This document shows positions 16,034-26,534 of a DNA stretch of 64,000 nucleotides, piece by piece. Under the pieces are notes generated by a model, which saw only the letters and a program-made list of their open reading frames with translations, made no database searches and was not told the DNA's origin. Every line of letters begins with the position of its first letter. The stretch's first letter is position 1. The translations under genes and the position numbers were made by a program. The stretch comes from Planctomycetota bacterium (GTDB taxonomy: Bacteria; Planctomycetota; Phycisphaerae; SM23-33), in NCBI GenBank assembly GCA_029553505.1, contig JAKPKY010000165.1, positions 36,595 through 100,594 of the forward strand. Reading direction: 5' to 3'.

Positions 16034-18649
16034 GTGACGCCCGAAAGCCCCGAACAGCTCGACACGCCCGCCATGCGGCAGTACCGGCAGTTCAAGGAGC
16101 AGTACCCGGACTACCTGCTGCTGTTCCGCATGGGCGACTTCTACGAGATGTTCTACGAGGACGCCAAAACGGCCTCCCGCATTCTCGGGCTGGCGCTGAC
16201 CAGCCGGAGCAAGGGCCCGACGGCCGTCCCGCTGGCGGGCCTGCCCTACCACGCCCTGGAAGGCTATCTCGCCCGCCTGATCCGTGCCGGCCAGCGCGTC
16301 GCCATCTGCGAGCAGGTGGAGGACCCCAAACTCGCCAAGGGCCTGGTCAAGCGCGACGTCGTCCGCCTGGTCACGCCCGGCACGCTCACCGAGGAGGAAT
16401 TGCTGGACCAGCGCGAGGGGAACTACCTCGCGGCCGTGTTCGCGCCCACGGCCGGGCGCGAGTCGGCGGGCATCGCCTGGGTGGAGCTGTCCAGCGGGGC
16501 GTTCTGGGCGATGCTCGCGTCGGGCGATCACGTGCTGGACGAGCTGGTGCGGATCGCCCCGGCCGAGGTGATCTACCCCGAGGGCGGCCCGTGGGACGCG
16601 CCGGCCTGGCGCGACCGCCTCCGCCAGACGACCGGCGCGGTTCCCGTCGCGCGTCCGCCGTGGGCGTTCGACGCGCACGCAGCCGGCGAGACGCTCCGCA
16701 GGCACTTCCGGGCGGCCACCCTCCAGGGTTTCGGCTTCGACGGGTGGGACGAGAGCCTCTCGGCCGCGGGGGCGATCCTCGAATACCTCCACGAGACGCA
16801 GCGGACCGCGCTGGAGCACATCCGCTCGCTGCGGAAGTTCGACCGGTCGGACCACATGGCCATCGACGGAAACACGCTCCGCTGCCTGGAGATTCACCGC
16901 ACGCTGCGGGGCAACCGGCGCGAGGGGAGCCTGCTGTCGTGCGTGGACCAGACGCGCACGGGGATGGGCGCCCGCCTGCTGGAGCGCTGGCTGACGTTCC
17001 CGCTGACGCGGTACAGCGACATCGTCGCCCGCCAGGACGCCGTCGAGCAGCTTGCATCGGACCGGGCGCGCCTCGGGCGCGTCCGCGAACTGCTGGGCGG
17101 CGTGTCGCAGATCGACCGGATCGCCGCGAACATCGCCATGCGCCGCGTCCGCCCGCGCGAGCTGGTGGCGCTGGGGCAGACCTGCCGGGCGCTGCCCGCC
17201 CTGGCGGCCGAGACGGGCGCCCTCGACGCCGACCTGTTCGCGCGCCTCGCGCCGAGCCTGACCGGCCTGGACGGCCCGGCCGAGCTGATCGAGCGCAGCA
17301 TCGACCCCGACTGCCCCAACGTCCTGCGCGAGGGCGGGGTGATCGCCCCGGGCTTTCACGAGGAACTCGACCGCCTGCGCCGCATCGGCGCCGACGGGCA
17401 AAGCTGGCTGGCGACCTACCAGGCCGAACAGACCCGCCGCACCGGCATCAACACCCTGAAGGTCGGATACAACAAGGTCTTCGGCTACTACATCGAGGTG
17501 ACCAACGTCCACGCGGAGAAGGTCCCGCCCGACTACGTCCGCAAGCAGACGCTCAAGAACGCCGAGCGCTACATCACCGACGAGCTGAAGCGCTACGAGA
17601 GCGAAGTCCTCACGGCCGGCGAGAGGGCGCGCCAGCTCGAGGCGGAAATCTTCGAGCAGGTCCGCGCCGCGCTGGCGGAGCACATTCCGGCCATCCAGGC
17701 GGCGGCAGACGCGCTGGCCGCGCTCGACGCGCTGGGCTCGATGGCGACGCTGGCCGCCGAACGCGGATACACGCGCCCCACGATCACCCAGGACAACGTG
17801 CTGCACATCGTCGCCGGGCGGCACCCCGTGCTGGCTGAGCAACTCCGCGAGAAGTTCGTCCCCAACGACGTCCACATGGAAGCGAAGGACGACCGCCTGC
17901 TGATCATCACGGGCCCGAACATGGCCGGCAAGAGCACCTACATCCGCCAGGCGGCGCTGCTGGTGCTGCTGGCGCAGACGGGGAGCTTCATCCCGGCTGA
18001 GCAGGCCGTCATCGGGCTCGCCGACCGCATCTTCACGCGCGTCGGGGCAGCCGACGAGCTGACGGCCGGGCTGAGCACCTTCATGGTCGAGATGATCGAG
18101 ACCGCCAACATCCTCAACAACGCCACCCCGCGCTCGCTGGTGATCCTCGACGAGGTGGGGCGCGGCACGAGCACCTACGACGGGCTGGCGCTGGCCTGGG
18201 CCATCAGCGAGCACCTCGCCCTGCGCGTCCGGTGCCGCGCGCTGTTCGCCACGCACTACCACGAGCTGACCGAGCTGGAAAGCCTGCTGGACGGCACGAA
18301 GAACCTCAACGTCGCCGTCCGCGAATGGGCCGACGAGGTGATCTTCCTGCACAAGATCGTCGAGGGCGGCTGCGACCAGTCCTACGGCGTGCACGTGGCG
18401 CGACTGGCGGGCGTGCCGAAGGAGGTCATCGACCGCGCGCGGGCCATCCTGCCGCAGCTCCAGGCGCACCTGGCCGAGGGCCTGGACATGCCCGAGCTGG
18501 CCCGCAGGGCGCAGGCGGCCGCGGCGCAGATGCAACTGTTCGCCGACCCCGCCACCCGCGTCGCGCGGGAACTCCAACACGCCGACCTGGACAACCTCAC
18601 GCCCCTCGCCGCCCTCGACCTGCTGCGGAAACTCAAGGCGGAGCTGTAA
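16034..18649 (+). CDS. mutS: DNA mismatch repair protein MutS
   Basis: TPAMRQY, FRMGDFYEMF, TGPNMAGKSTY, STFMVEM, DEVGRGTST, FATHYHEL. Confidence 0.98.
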   Translation: MTPESPEQLDTPAMRQYRQFKEQYPDYLLLFRMGDFYEMFYEDAKTASRILGLALTSRSKGPTAVPLAGLPYHALEGYLARLIRAGQRVAICEQVEDPKLAKGLVKRDVVRLVTPGTLTEEELLDQREGNYLAAVFAPTAGRESAGIAWVELSSGAFWAMLASGDHVLDELVRIAPAEVIYPEGGPWDAPAWRDRLRQTTGAVPVARPPWAFDAHAAGETLRRHFRAATLQGFGFDGWDESLSAAGAILEYLHETQRTALEHIRSLRKFDRSDHMAIDGNTLRCLEIHRTLRGNRREGSLLSCVDQTRTGMGARLLERWLTFPLTRYSDIVARQDAVEQLASDRARLGRVRELLGGVSQIDRIAANIAMRRVRPRELVALGQTCRALPALAAETGALDADLFARLAPSLTGLDGPAELIERSIDPDCPNVLREGGVIAPGFHEELDRLRRIGADGQSWLATYQAEQTRRTGINTLKVGYNKVFGYYIEVTNVHAEKVPPDYVRKQTLKNAERYITDELKRYESEVLTAGERARQLEAEIFEQVRAALAEHIPAIQAAADALAALDALGSMATLAAERGYTRPTITQDNVLHIVAGRHPVLAEQLREKFVPNDVHMEAKDDRLLIITGPNMAGKSTYIRQAALLVLLAQTGSFIPAEQAVIGLADRIFTRVGAADELTAGLSTFMVEMIETANILNNATPRSLVILDEVGRGTSTYDGLALAWAISEHLALRVRCRALFATHYHELTELESLLDGTKNLNVAVREWADEVIFLHKIVEGGCDQSYGVHVARLAGVPKEVIDRARAILPQLQAHLAEGLDMPELARRAQAAAAQMQLFADPATRVARELQHADLDNLTPLAALDLLRKLKAEL

Positions 18650-18651
18650 GA

Positions 18652-18770
18652 AGGAACCGGGAACAAGGGAACAAGGGAACCCGGGAAGACAGAAGCCCGG
18701 CGCGCTGGAATTCCGGGTTCCTTGTTCCTCTGTTCCGTGTTCCTTCTTCCTTCGTGTAATTCGTGGACGG
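18652..18770. repeat. Intergenic repeat, family E (tandem GGAAC-containing 7-9-mers with inverted GTTCC arm)
   Basis: Related copies at about 31516-31605 and 34838-34934. Confidence 0.75.
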
Positions 18771-18781
18771 ATTTCTTTTCT

Positions 18782-20002
18782 TCAGACGGATTCCCCGCGG
18801 CGGCGGAGGATTTCGGCGATCTCGTTGCAGTCCTTGTCGCCGCGCCCGGAGAGGTTGATCAGGAGGATCTTGTCCTTGCCCAGCGTGGGGGCCAGGCGGA
18901 GCGCCTCGGCCACCGCGTGCGACGACTCCAGCGCGGGGATGATCCCCTCGGACCGCGAGAGGGTCATGAGGGCGGAGATGGCGTCGTCGTCGCTGCACGC
19001 GGTGTAGCGGACGCGCCCGGAGTCCTTCCAGTAGGCGTGTTCCGGGCCGACGCCGGGGTAGTCCAGCCCGGCCGAGACGCTGTGCACCGGCGCGGTCTGC
19101 CCGTCGGCGTCCTGGAGGATGTAGCTCAGCGTGCCGTGCAGCACGCCGGGCGAACCCGCGCAGAGGCTGGCGGCGTGGTCGCCGAGTTTCATGCCGCGCC
19201 CGCCGGCCTCCACGCCGACCATGGCCACGGAGGCGTCGTCGATCATCGGCTTGAACAGGCCCGACGCGTTGGACCCGCCGCCGACGCAGGCGACCAGGAC
19301 GTCGGGCAGTCGTCCCTCGGCCGCGAGCATCTGCTCGCGCGCCTCGCGGCCGATGACGGCCTGGAACTCCGTGACGATCTTCGGGAACGGGTGCGGCCCG
19401 GCCACCGTGCCCAGCACGTAGTGCGTGTGGCCCACGCTGCCCATCCAGTCGCGCATCGCCTCGTTGAGCGCGTCCTTGAGCGTGCATTGCCCGGTGGTCA
19501 CGGGCACGACGCGCGTGCCCAGCAGCTTCATGCGGAAGACGTTGAGCGCCTGGCGGCGGATGTCCTCGGTGACCATGTAGACGTCGCAGTCTAGGCCGAA
19601 GACGGCCGCAGCCGTCGCCGTCGCCACGCCGTGCTGCCCGGCGCCGGTCTCGGCGATGAGGCGCTTCTTGCCCATGCGCACGGCCAGCAGCGCCTGACCG
19701 AGCGTGTTGTTGATCTTGTGCGCGCCGGTGTGGTTCATGTCCTCGCGCTTGAGGTAGATCTTCGCGCCGCCGAGCTGCGCGGTGAGGCGGCGGCAGAAGT
19801 ACAGCTCGCTGGGCCGCCCGGCGATCTGGCGATAGCAGCGGTCGAGTTCGGCGCGGAAGGCGGCGTCGGCCATCGCGGCTTCGTACTCGCGGTCGAGCTG
19901 GGCCAGCGCGCCCATGAGCGTCTCGGGGACGAACTGCCCGCCGTAGGGGCCGAAGTATCCCTCGCGCGGCGCGGCGGAAGATGGACGTTTTTTGGTGGTC
20001 AT
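18782..20002 (-). CDS. trpB: Tryptophan synthase beta chain
   Basis: [58 protein letters not shown]. Confidence 0.98.
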   Translation of the reverse strand: MTTKKRPSSAAPREGYFGPYGGQFVPETLMGALAQLDREYEAAMADAAFRAELDRCYRQIAGRPSELYFCRRLTAQLGGAKIYLKREDMNHTGAHKINNTLGQALLAVRMGKKRLIAETGAGQHGVATATAAAVFGLDCDVYMVTEDIRRQALNVFRMKLLGTRVVPVTTGQCTLKDALNEAMRDWMGSVGHTHYVLGTVAGPHPFPKIVTEFQAVIGREAREQMLAAEGRLPDVLVACVGGGSNASGLFKPMIDDASVAMVGVEAGGRGMKLGDHAASLCAGSPGVLHGTLSYILQDADGQTAPVHSVSAGLDYPGVGPEHAYWKDSGRVRYTACSDDDAISALMTLSRSEGIIPALESSHAVAEALRLAPTLGKDKILLINLSGRGDKDCNEIAEILRRRGESV

Positions 20003-20214
20003 AGACGGTTCCTCGTGACGGCGAATATACCCCGCGGCGGGGGGAAAAACACCTCGCGGCAGGGGGGAAAAATGGTCGAAAAATCGTCGGAAAAGGGCGC
20101 GGAAAGGGCGTTTAGTGGCGCAAAAAGCGCCACGGCCGGGGGGAAAACCGCGCTGCGCGGACGGTTGGACGACCCTCGATCATGGGCGCATCGTATCGCG
20201 CGCGGCGCGGCGAG

Positions 20215-21510
20215 TCAACCGGATCGGCGCGCGGCCGTGACCGCCGCGCCGGCCGAGAGACCCGCCAGGAAACCGGTGGCGAACGCGCACTGGAGGTTGA
20301 ATCCGCCGCATGGGCCGTCGAGGTCCAGCAACTCGCCGGCGAAGTGCAACCCCTCGACCAGCCGGCTGGCCAGCGAGCGCGGATCGACCTGCCGCAGCGC
20401 CACGCCGCCGCGCGTAACCATCGCGGCGGCCCAGCCTTCCGTGCCGGTGACGGTCAGGCGGCAGGCGTGGAGTTCCCCGGCCAGCGCGCGGGCCTGCTCG
20501 CCGGTCAGGTGGGCCGCGAGCGTCTCGGCCGCAACGCCCGCGTGGTCGCACAGTGCCGCGGCCAGCGCCGCCGGCAGGCGCTCGGCCAGCAGCGCCCGGA
20601 CGTGCCGCCGCCCGGCCCGCCGCCGCCAATCGTCCATGCGGCGCAGGGATTCGCCGCGCGGCGCGTCCGGCGCAAAGTCAAACAAGATAGGCACTTCCGC
20701 GCAGTCCGCCAACAGTTCCGCCACCTCGCCCGACAGGTCCAGCACCGCCGGTCCGGACACGCCGCGGTGCGTGAACAGCACGTCGCCGAGTTCGCCGCGC
20801 CGCGACTGGCCGGGCAGGCCGACACGCACCCGCGCGGGCGCGCTGACGCCTGCCAACTTGCGGCACCAGCGTTCGGCCGTGACCAGCGGAACCAGCGCGG
20901 GCGTCGGCGCGACCAGTACGTGTCCGGCCTGGCGGGCCAGGGCGTATCCGCCGCCGGTGCCGCCGAGTCGCGCGTAGCTGCGTCCGCCGGTGGCCAGCAC
21001 GACGGTCCGCGCAGCCAGCGCCGCTCCGCCCACGCGCACGCCGGTCACGCGCCCGGCCTCGATGCACAGCGCCTCGACGCGCGCGCCGGTTCGCAGCGTC
21101 GCGCCGAGTTGCTCGCACCGGCGGCGCAGCGCCGTCTGCACGGTGGCCGCGCGGTTCGACGCCGGATACACCTGCCCGCTACCGGCCACATGGGTCGGCA
21201 CGTCCAGCCCGGCCAGCATCGCGCGGAGCTTCTCGCAACCGAGCGCCTCCAGCGCCGCCGACAGGAACCGCCCCTCGCGCCCGAACCGCGCCATGAACTC
21301 GCCTGCCGGCAGCGTGTTGCTCAGGTTGCACCGCCCGCCGCCGCTGGCCAGCAGCTTGGCCCCCGCGCGGTCGAGCTGCTCGAGCATCACGACGCGCGCG
21401 CCGCACTGGCCAGCCGCGATGGCCGCCAGCATCCCCGCCGCCCCGGCCCCGACGACGATCACGTCCGTCGCGTCCGCCGGCGGCGCATGGTTCCCGTCGT
21501 CGCGCGTCAC
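20215..21510 (-). CDS. HI0933/BaiN family flavoprotein
   Basis: [59 protein letters not shown] overlaps the upstream stop. Confidence 0.92.
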   Translation of the reverse strand: MTRDDGNHAPPADATDVIVVGAGAAGMLAAIAAGQCGARVVMLEQLDRAGAKLLASGGGRCNLSNTLPAGEFMARFGREGRFLSAALEALGCEKLRAMLAGLDVPTHVAGSGQVYPASNRAATVQTALRRRCEQLGATLRTGARVEALCIEAGRVTGVRVGGAALAARTVVLATGGRSYARLGGTGGGYALARQAGHVLVAPTPALVPLVTAERWCRKLAGVSAPARVRVGLPGQSRRGELGDVLFTHRGVSGPAVLDLSGEVAELLADCAEVPILFDFAPDAPRGESLRRMDDWRRRAGRRHVRALLAERLPAALAAALCDHAGVAAETLAAHLTGEQARALAGELHACRLTVTGTEGWAAAMVTRGGVALRQVDPRSLASRLVEGLHFAGELLDLDGPCGGFNLQCAFATGFLAGLSAGAAVTAARRSG

Positions 21511-23435
21511 CAGCCTCCGCCTCCGCCCCCGCCGCCTCCGCCGCCGGAAGAGCCGCCCCCGCCCGATCCGCTGCGCGAGGGCGAGGTGGACGCCGCGCTC
21601 AGCGCCCCGCTGAAGCCCGTGCCCAGCGACGAGGCGAACGCCCCGGCCCCTCCGGCCGCGAGCACCGCCCCCGCCGACCACAGCGTCGCGTCCCGCGCCG
21701 CAGCCGCATCGCGCCCCGCCGCGGCCAGCACGCCCTCGAACTTCGCGCCCCACTCGTTCTCCACGCCCAGCGCGATCGCGTACGGCAGGTATCGCTCGAA
21801 CAGTTCGGGCGTCTTTTCCGGCGGGGTGGCGGCGTTCAGCAGGTCGGCCTCTGCCGTCGCCAGGTACATGCGGAAGCCCTCGATGCGGTCCAGGACGGCC
21901 CGCCCTTCGACGGTCGGCGCCTTCAGCAGGTGGTAGAACATCGCGTTCAGGACGATCAGTCCCACGAAGACGCCCATCATCCACGGCCCGCCGAGCATCG
22001 CCGCGAAGACCAGCCCCACCACTTCCCCGGCGAAAAACGGAACCGCGAACGCCGTCGCGATCACCGCCGCGACGCCGCGCCCCACTTTCTTTCCGATCCC
22101 GCCGCGCCGCCTCACGTCGCGCCAGGCCGCGACCACCTGCCTGCCCAGCATGGCGACGCCGAAACTCCATCCCGTCAGCCAGACCAGGAGGAACAGCAGT
22201 CCGATCTTCCGCGCCCCCGGCGCCGCGAGGGCAGCCGCCGCCAGCATCACGGCCGACAGCGCCACCCCCGCGATCAGCAGCGCGCGGTTGGCGACGAACA
22301 GGCGCTTCTCATAGGCCGCCGAGAGGGCCTTCTTGAGCGCCTTGATCGCCGCCTGGAACCGGGCGTGGTGCGCCTGCTTGACGTCGATGGGCGGCGAGAG
22401 TTTTTCCAGCGCGACGCGCTCCTCCTCGCAGAGCGGGCGGCGCTTCTGCGCCCGCGACGGGCCCAGGCGGTATTCGCCGCCGACGGGTTCCTCGATGGCG
22501 ACGTGCCCCTTGGCGGCAGCGCCGACGACGGCCGCGACGAAACAGACGCGGTCGAAGCCGAGTTTCCAGACAAAGCGCACCGCAGCCGCGGAGAGGTTCT
22601 CCGGCGGCTCGAACAGCGGGACGATCAACCCTTCCGCCGGGTCGCGCCCGACGCGACACCACGTCACGAAGTAGTAGCCCAACACCGCCAGCACCGCCGC
22701 CAGCCCCACGGCCAGGTGCGCGTTGTCGAACAGCGCGTCGGCGAACATCTCCGCCGGCGTCGGCGCGGGCACGAGGCCCGTGGGAAAGCTCACGACGAGG
22801 GTCAAACCTTCGCCCTTGGCCAGCGGGGCGGTGGTGACGACGGTCGGCCGGCCTGATGCGTCGAACCCCGCCCGCCAGTCCTTGCCCTTTCCGCCGGCGG
22901 GCCCGGTGTAGGCCTCCGTCCTGATCTTCGCGCGATCGGCGCCGCCCGGCAGCGTCACCGTCGCTGACGCCTCGTCGATGGGAAAGTTCCAGAAGTTGCC
23001 CGTCACGTTCCAGTACAGTTCGTCGTGGTCGGAGAAGAACCGCAGTTGCCCGCCGGTGCGGTAGGTGATCGTGTAGGTGTAGACCCCCGGTTGCAGCAGG
23101 ACATTCTCGCGCCCGGCGTAGACGCGGAGGGAGTCGCTCTCCTCCTTGCAGTGGTACGCCTCGGGCGCCCCGTCGCGCAGCACGCGGACGATCTTCACCG
23201 GGCGGGCGTCCAGCGTGTAAGCCCTGCCGCGAAAGACCGTCGGGATGTCGCGGTAGATGCCGCGCCGGATCTCCTTGCCCTCGGCGCGGACGCGGATCGT
23301 CTCGGTGACGGTCAGCCAACCGTCGGTGTGCACCTCGATGTCGCTGTGGTAGCGGAGAATCCGCTCGTCGCCCCGCGCCGCCGCGCAGGCGAGCCCCAGC
23401 GCCATCGCCGCGAACGCCAATCGTTTGCGCGTCAT
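21507..23435 (-). CDS. DUF2207 family membrane protein
   Basis: [33 protein letters not shown]-terminal [10 protein letters not shown]; downstream of lemA. Confidence 0.9.
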   Translation of the reverse strand: MTRKRLAFAAMALGLACAAARGDERILRYHSDIEVHTDGWLTVTETIRVRAEGKEIRRGIYRDIPTVFRGRAYTLDARPVKIVRVLRDGAPEAYHCKEESDSLRVYAGRENVLLQPGVYTYTITYRTGGQLRFFSDHDELYWNVTGNFWNFPIDEASATVTLPGGADRAKIRTEAYTGPAGGKGKDWRAGFDASGRPTVVTTAPLAKGEGLTLVVSFPTGLVPAPTPAEMFADALFDNAHLAVGLAAVLAVLGYYFVTWCRVGRDPAEGLIVPLFEPPENLSAAAVRFVWKLGFDRVCFVAAVVGAAAKGHVAIEEPVGGEYRLGPSRAQKRRPLCEEERVALEKLSPPIDVKQAHHARFQAAIKALKKALSAAYEKRLFVANRALLIAGVALSAVMLAAAALAAPGARKIGLLFLLVWLTGWSFGVAMLGRQVVAAWRDVRRRGGIGKKVGRGVAAVIATAFAVPFFAGEVVGLVFAAMLGGPWMMGVFVGLIVLNAMFYHLLKAPTVEGRAVLDRIEGFRMYLATAEADLLNAATPPEKTPELFERYLPYAIALGVENEWGAKFEGVLAAAGRDAAAARDATLWSAGAVLAAGGAGAFASSLGTGFSGALSAASTSPSRSGSGGGGSSGGGGGGGGGGGW

Positions 23436-23733
23436 GGATTCCTGTCCAATGAGTGAAGAAGAGTTCGAAGTTCGGAGTTCGTAGTACGAAGTCATCTCGT
23501 CATGCCCTGCGATCTTTGCTCTTTTCCGAAACAGCGCCGGCGCGGGAGGGAAAACGCCTCGAACGGCTTGCGGTTCGGCGTGGTCATATCTTTTTCGCGC
23601 GTCCCGGCGACCGCTCCCTCACGGTCGCGGCTCTGTAAGAGGCGCGCCGGACCTTCCCCTCTATTGCCTACTGCCTATTGCCACTTTTTCCACTCACCAC
23701 TCACCACTATCCACTATGCACTCGTCACTCTCT

Positions 23734-24297
23734 TCACACTTCCACTTTCGGCGCGTCGCGGTGGGTGGCGGTCTCGATCTCGAAGAACTCCGCCCGCGCG
23801 AACCCGAACGCCCGCGCCACGAGGTTTCCGGGGAACGACTCGACGAGGATGTTGTAGTTGCGCGCGGCCCCGTTGTAGTACCGCCGGGCCATCTGGATCT
23901 GGTCCTCGATGTCCGCCAGCTGCGTCTGGAGGTCGAGGAAGCTCCGGCTGGCCTTCAGGTCGGGGTACGCCTCGGCCAGCGCGAACAGCCCGCGGAGCTG
24001 GTCGGTCAGGGCGTTCTCGTCGGTGCGGCGCCGGGCGAGGGTCTCGTCGGCCGCGGCCTGGCTGCGCAGCGCCGCGACCCGTTCCAGCACGGCCTGCTCG
24101 TGCCGGCTGTAGCCCTTGACGCACTCCAGCAGGTTGGGCACCAGGCTGTGACGGCGCTTGAGCTGCACGTCCACGCCGCTCCAGCCTTCCCGCAGGAGGT
24201 TCCGCGCGCGGACCAGGCGATTGAACGCGACGACGATCCACAGGCCCAGCCCCACCGTCGCCAGCACCGCCAGAGTCCACGGAAGGGAGACATTCAT
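23734..24297 (-). CDS. lemA: LemA family protein
   Basis: WSGVDVQLKRRHSLVPNL, AEAYPDLKAS, ARRYYNGAAR, FPGNLVA. Confidence 0.95.
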   Translation of the reverse strand: MNVSLPWTLAVLATVGLGLWIVVAFNRLVRARNLLREGWSGVDVQLKRRHSLVPNLLECVKGYSRHEQAVLERVAALRSQAAADETLARRRTDENALTDQLRGLFALAEAYPDLKASRSFLDLQTQLADIEDQIQMARRYYNGAARNYNILVESFPGNLVARAFGFARAEFFEIETATHRDAPKVEV

Positions 24298-24348
24298 TGC
24301 GATCATGCCGACAGCAGACACCATCGCCCAGCCCATGTCAACCGGCGG

Positions 24349-24643
24349 GTAGGGTGCGTGGCGCAGCTGGGTGCCACACATGCCTCCGGCGTGCGTGCTT
24401 CGGAAAAGGTTACACGCACAACGGAGTTGTGCGTGGCACCCGGCGTCAAAGAATTTCGCAGGGATGAACGCGGAGATGCGCGGATGGTTTGAAAATTTCC
24501 TGTCCGCGTTCCTCCTGTTGATCCCTGCGAATTGTCTTGGGGAATAAAACATAGCCGAACGGCAAGCCGTACGGCTGCATGGTGGGAACCGGGAAGGTGC
24601 GTGGCGTCGCAAGAACACTGCTTGCGAGCAAGCAGTGCCACCC
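24349..24643. repeat. Mosaic of several palindromic repeat units
   Basis: GGGTGCCAC...GTGGCACCC (about 24369-24441), AATTTCGCAGGGAT...ATCCCTGCGAATT (about 24452-24533), GCCGAACGGCAAGCCGTACGGC, and a family A unit. Confidence 0.65.
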
Positions 24644-24671
24644 GTCTTTGTCCGAGCCGCGGGACCGCGCC

Positions 24672-26147
24672 TTACAGTTCCGGCAGGTTTACGTCGTCGC
24701 CGGTGCGGCGTTGCCACTGGCGGATGCGCCCCAGCAGCTCGCGCATGCGCGGGCGCTGGTCGGGTCGGCCGGCGAGGTTCCGCGTCTCCAACGGATCGGC
24801 GTTCAGGTCGTACAGCTCGTGCTCGCCGCAGGTCGAGACGTTCAGTTTCCAGCCGTCGGGAGTGAGAACCGTCCGCGACGGCGCCTGGACGGACCGGGCG
24901 ATTTGTTCCGGCGAGCCGAGGTCCACCAGGTCCTGCGGGAGGGCCTTTTCGAGCCAGCCTCGGGCGGCTGCGGCGTCCCAGATTCCGCTGTCGGTCCCGT
25001 TCCACTCGACGAACACGTCGCGCGCGGGCTCGGCGCCGCCTTCCAGCACCCCGCGAAGCGACTCGCCCGGCAAATTCGCCGGCGCATCGTCGCTGAGCAG
25101 GTCCGTCAGGGTGGGCGCCAGGTCCACGTGCCCGACCGGCGCCGCGACGCGGCGGGCGCTGCGCTGCCCCGGCAGGCGGACCAGAAGCGGCACGCGGAGC
25201 GCTTCCTCGAACAGGACGCACTTGGCCAGCAGGCGATGGCTGCCCATCATGTCGCCGTGGTCGGACGTGTAGACCACGACGGTCTCGTCGGCCTGGCCCG
25301 TCTCGTCGAGGGCGTCGAGAATGCGCCCGACGTGCGTGTCCACCAGGCTGACCAGGCCGTAGTAGTTGGCGATCATCCGGCGCCAGTCGTCGGTCGTCCG
25401 CAGCGGCAACCCGCTGTGACCGAGCTCACGATAGGCGCGTGCGAAGGCGCGGGTCTTGAGCGGCTGGTCCGCCGTCGGCGCGGCGTCGAAGTTCGCCGGC
25501 AGCGGAATGTCCGCCGGGTCGTACTGCCCGTCGCGCGGGCCGAAAAACGGCATGTGCGGCTGGAGAAAATTCACGAACAGCACCCAGGGCCGCCCGCGAT
25601 TGACCCGGATGAATTCCCCCGCCGTCTCGGCGAGATAGGCCGGCTTGGAAAGTTCCTCCGGGAACCGGGCGGTCTCGTAGCGGCTGAACCGGTCCCTCTT
25701 TTCCGGCCGCTTGCCGTGGGAAATCAGCCAGTGGTGATAGCTGCTGCGGGCCTCCGCGTCGCGGCCCGCCGAGAAGTATTCGGCGTATCCGTCCTCGATG
25801 GCCCGCCAGTGGTCGAACCCGTGTTGGGCCCAGATCTCGTCGCCCAGGTGCCACTTGCCGTGGTGGCCCGCGACGTATCGGCCGGGCGGGAGCATCTCCG
25901 GCAGGCAGGGGACCTCCGCCGGCAGCGGCACGTTGTTCGCCGTGCACCCGTTCTGGTGCGGATACAGGCCCGTCAGCAGCGACGACCGCGACGGCGTGCA
26001 GACCGGCTGCGTGACGTACGCCCGCTGGAACAGCGTGCTCTGCGACGCCAGGCGGTCGAGGTTGGGCGTCTGGATGACTCCGTTGCCGTACGCGCCGAGC
26101 GTGTCGGCGCGCTGCTCGTCGGTGTAGAGGAACAGGAGGTTGGGCAT
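24672..26147 (-). CDS. Sulfatase (formylglycine-dependent, S1)
   Basis: PNLLFLYTDEQR, CTPSRSSLLTG, GKWHLG, SDHGD, ELYDLNADP. Confidence 0.95.
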   Translation of the reverse strand: MPNLLFLYTDEQRADTLGAYGNGVIQTPNLDRLASQSTLFQRAYVTQPVCTPSRSSLLTGLYPHQNGCTANNVPLPAEVPCLPEMLPPGRYVAGHHGKWHLGDEIWAQHGFDHWRAIEDGYAEYFSAGRDAEARSSYHHWLISHGKRPEKRDRFSRYETARFPEELSKPAYLAETAGEFIRVNRGRPWVLFVNFLQPHMPFFGPRDGQYDPADIPLPANFDAAPTADQPLKTRAFARAYRELGHSGLPLRTTDDWRRMIANYYGLVSLVDTHVGRILDALDETGQADETVVVYTSDHGDMMGSHRLLAKCVLFEEALRVPLLVRLPGQRSARRVAAPVGHVDLAPTLTDLLSDDAPANLPGESLRGVLEGGAEPARDVFVEWNGTDSGIWDAAAARGWLEKALPQDLVDLGSPEQIARSVQAPSRTVLTPDGWKLNVSTCGEHELYDLNADPLETRNLAGRPDQRPRMRELLGRIRQWQRRTGDDVNLPEL

Positions 26148-26222
26148 GGGCATACTGTACCATCCCCCGCCACCGCGTCAACCGGGCGATGTTTCGCCGC
26201 GAATTTCGCGAAGGACACAAAC

Positions 26223-26357
26223 TTGCTCTGTAGAAAACATCCAAAAGAGAGGGTGGCACGGCTTGCTTGCAAGCCGTGTTCCGGGCAAATTCGGGCAACA
26301 CGCTTTGCGAGCAAAGCGTGCCACCCATCCCGGAAACGAATGTTTTCTACAGAGCAA
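26223..26357. mobile_element. MITE-like element with 18-bp terminal inverted repeats enclosing a family A REP doublet
   Basis: TTGCTCTGTAGAAAACAT ... ATGTTTTCTACAGAGCAA; second copy at 32708-32838. Confidence 0.65.
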
Positions 26358-26534
26358 CGCGAACTCCATTTCAGATTTCGGAATGCGTCCACAGGACGTC
26401 CCTTCGGGACGGATTGCGGATTGGCGCGCTGGACAGGGCGAAATCCGCGGTATAATGCGCTTTGAACCAGTCCACCAACTGACCAGTCAACCAGTTGACC
26501 GATTGACCGTTTCCTGGAGGTTTTTCCGCCGCCG

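Noticed and set aside
15004..18580. 944-aa and 1133-aa ORFs overlapping mutS
   Set aside because: Alternative-frame or antisense artefacts of high GC; Arg/Pro/Gly-rich and motif-free
20215..22170. 651-aa fusion flavoprotein
   Set aside because: The N-terminal 220 aa overlap DUF2207 in another frame; the real start is probably GTG 21510
23734..25221. 495-aa extended LemA
   Set aside because: The extension crosses repeats and the sulfatase gene; LemA homology begins near 24297
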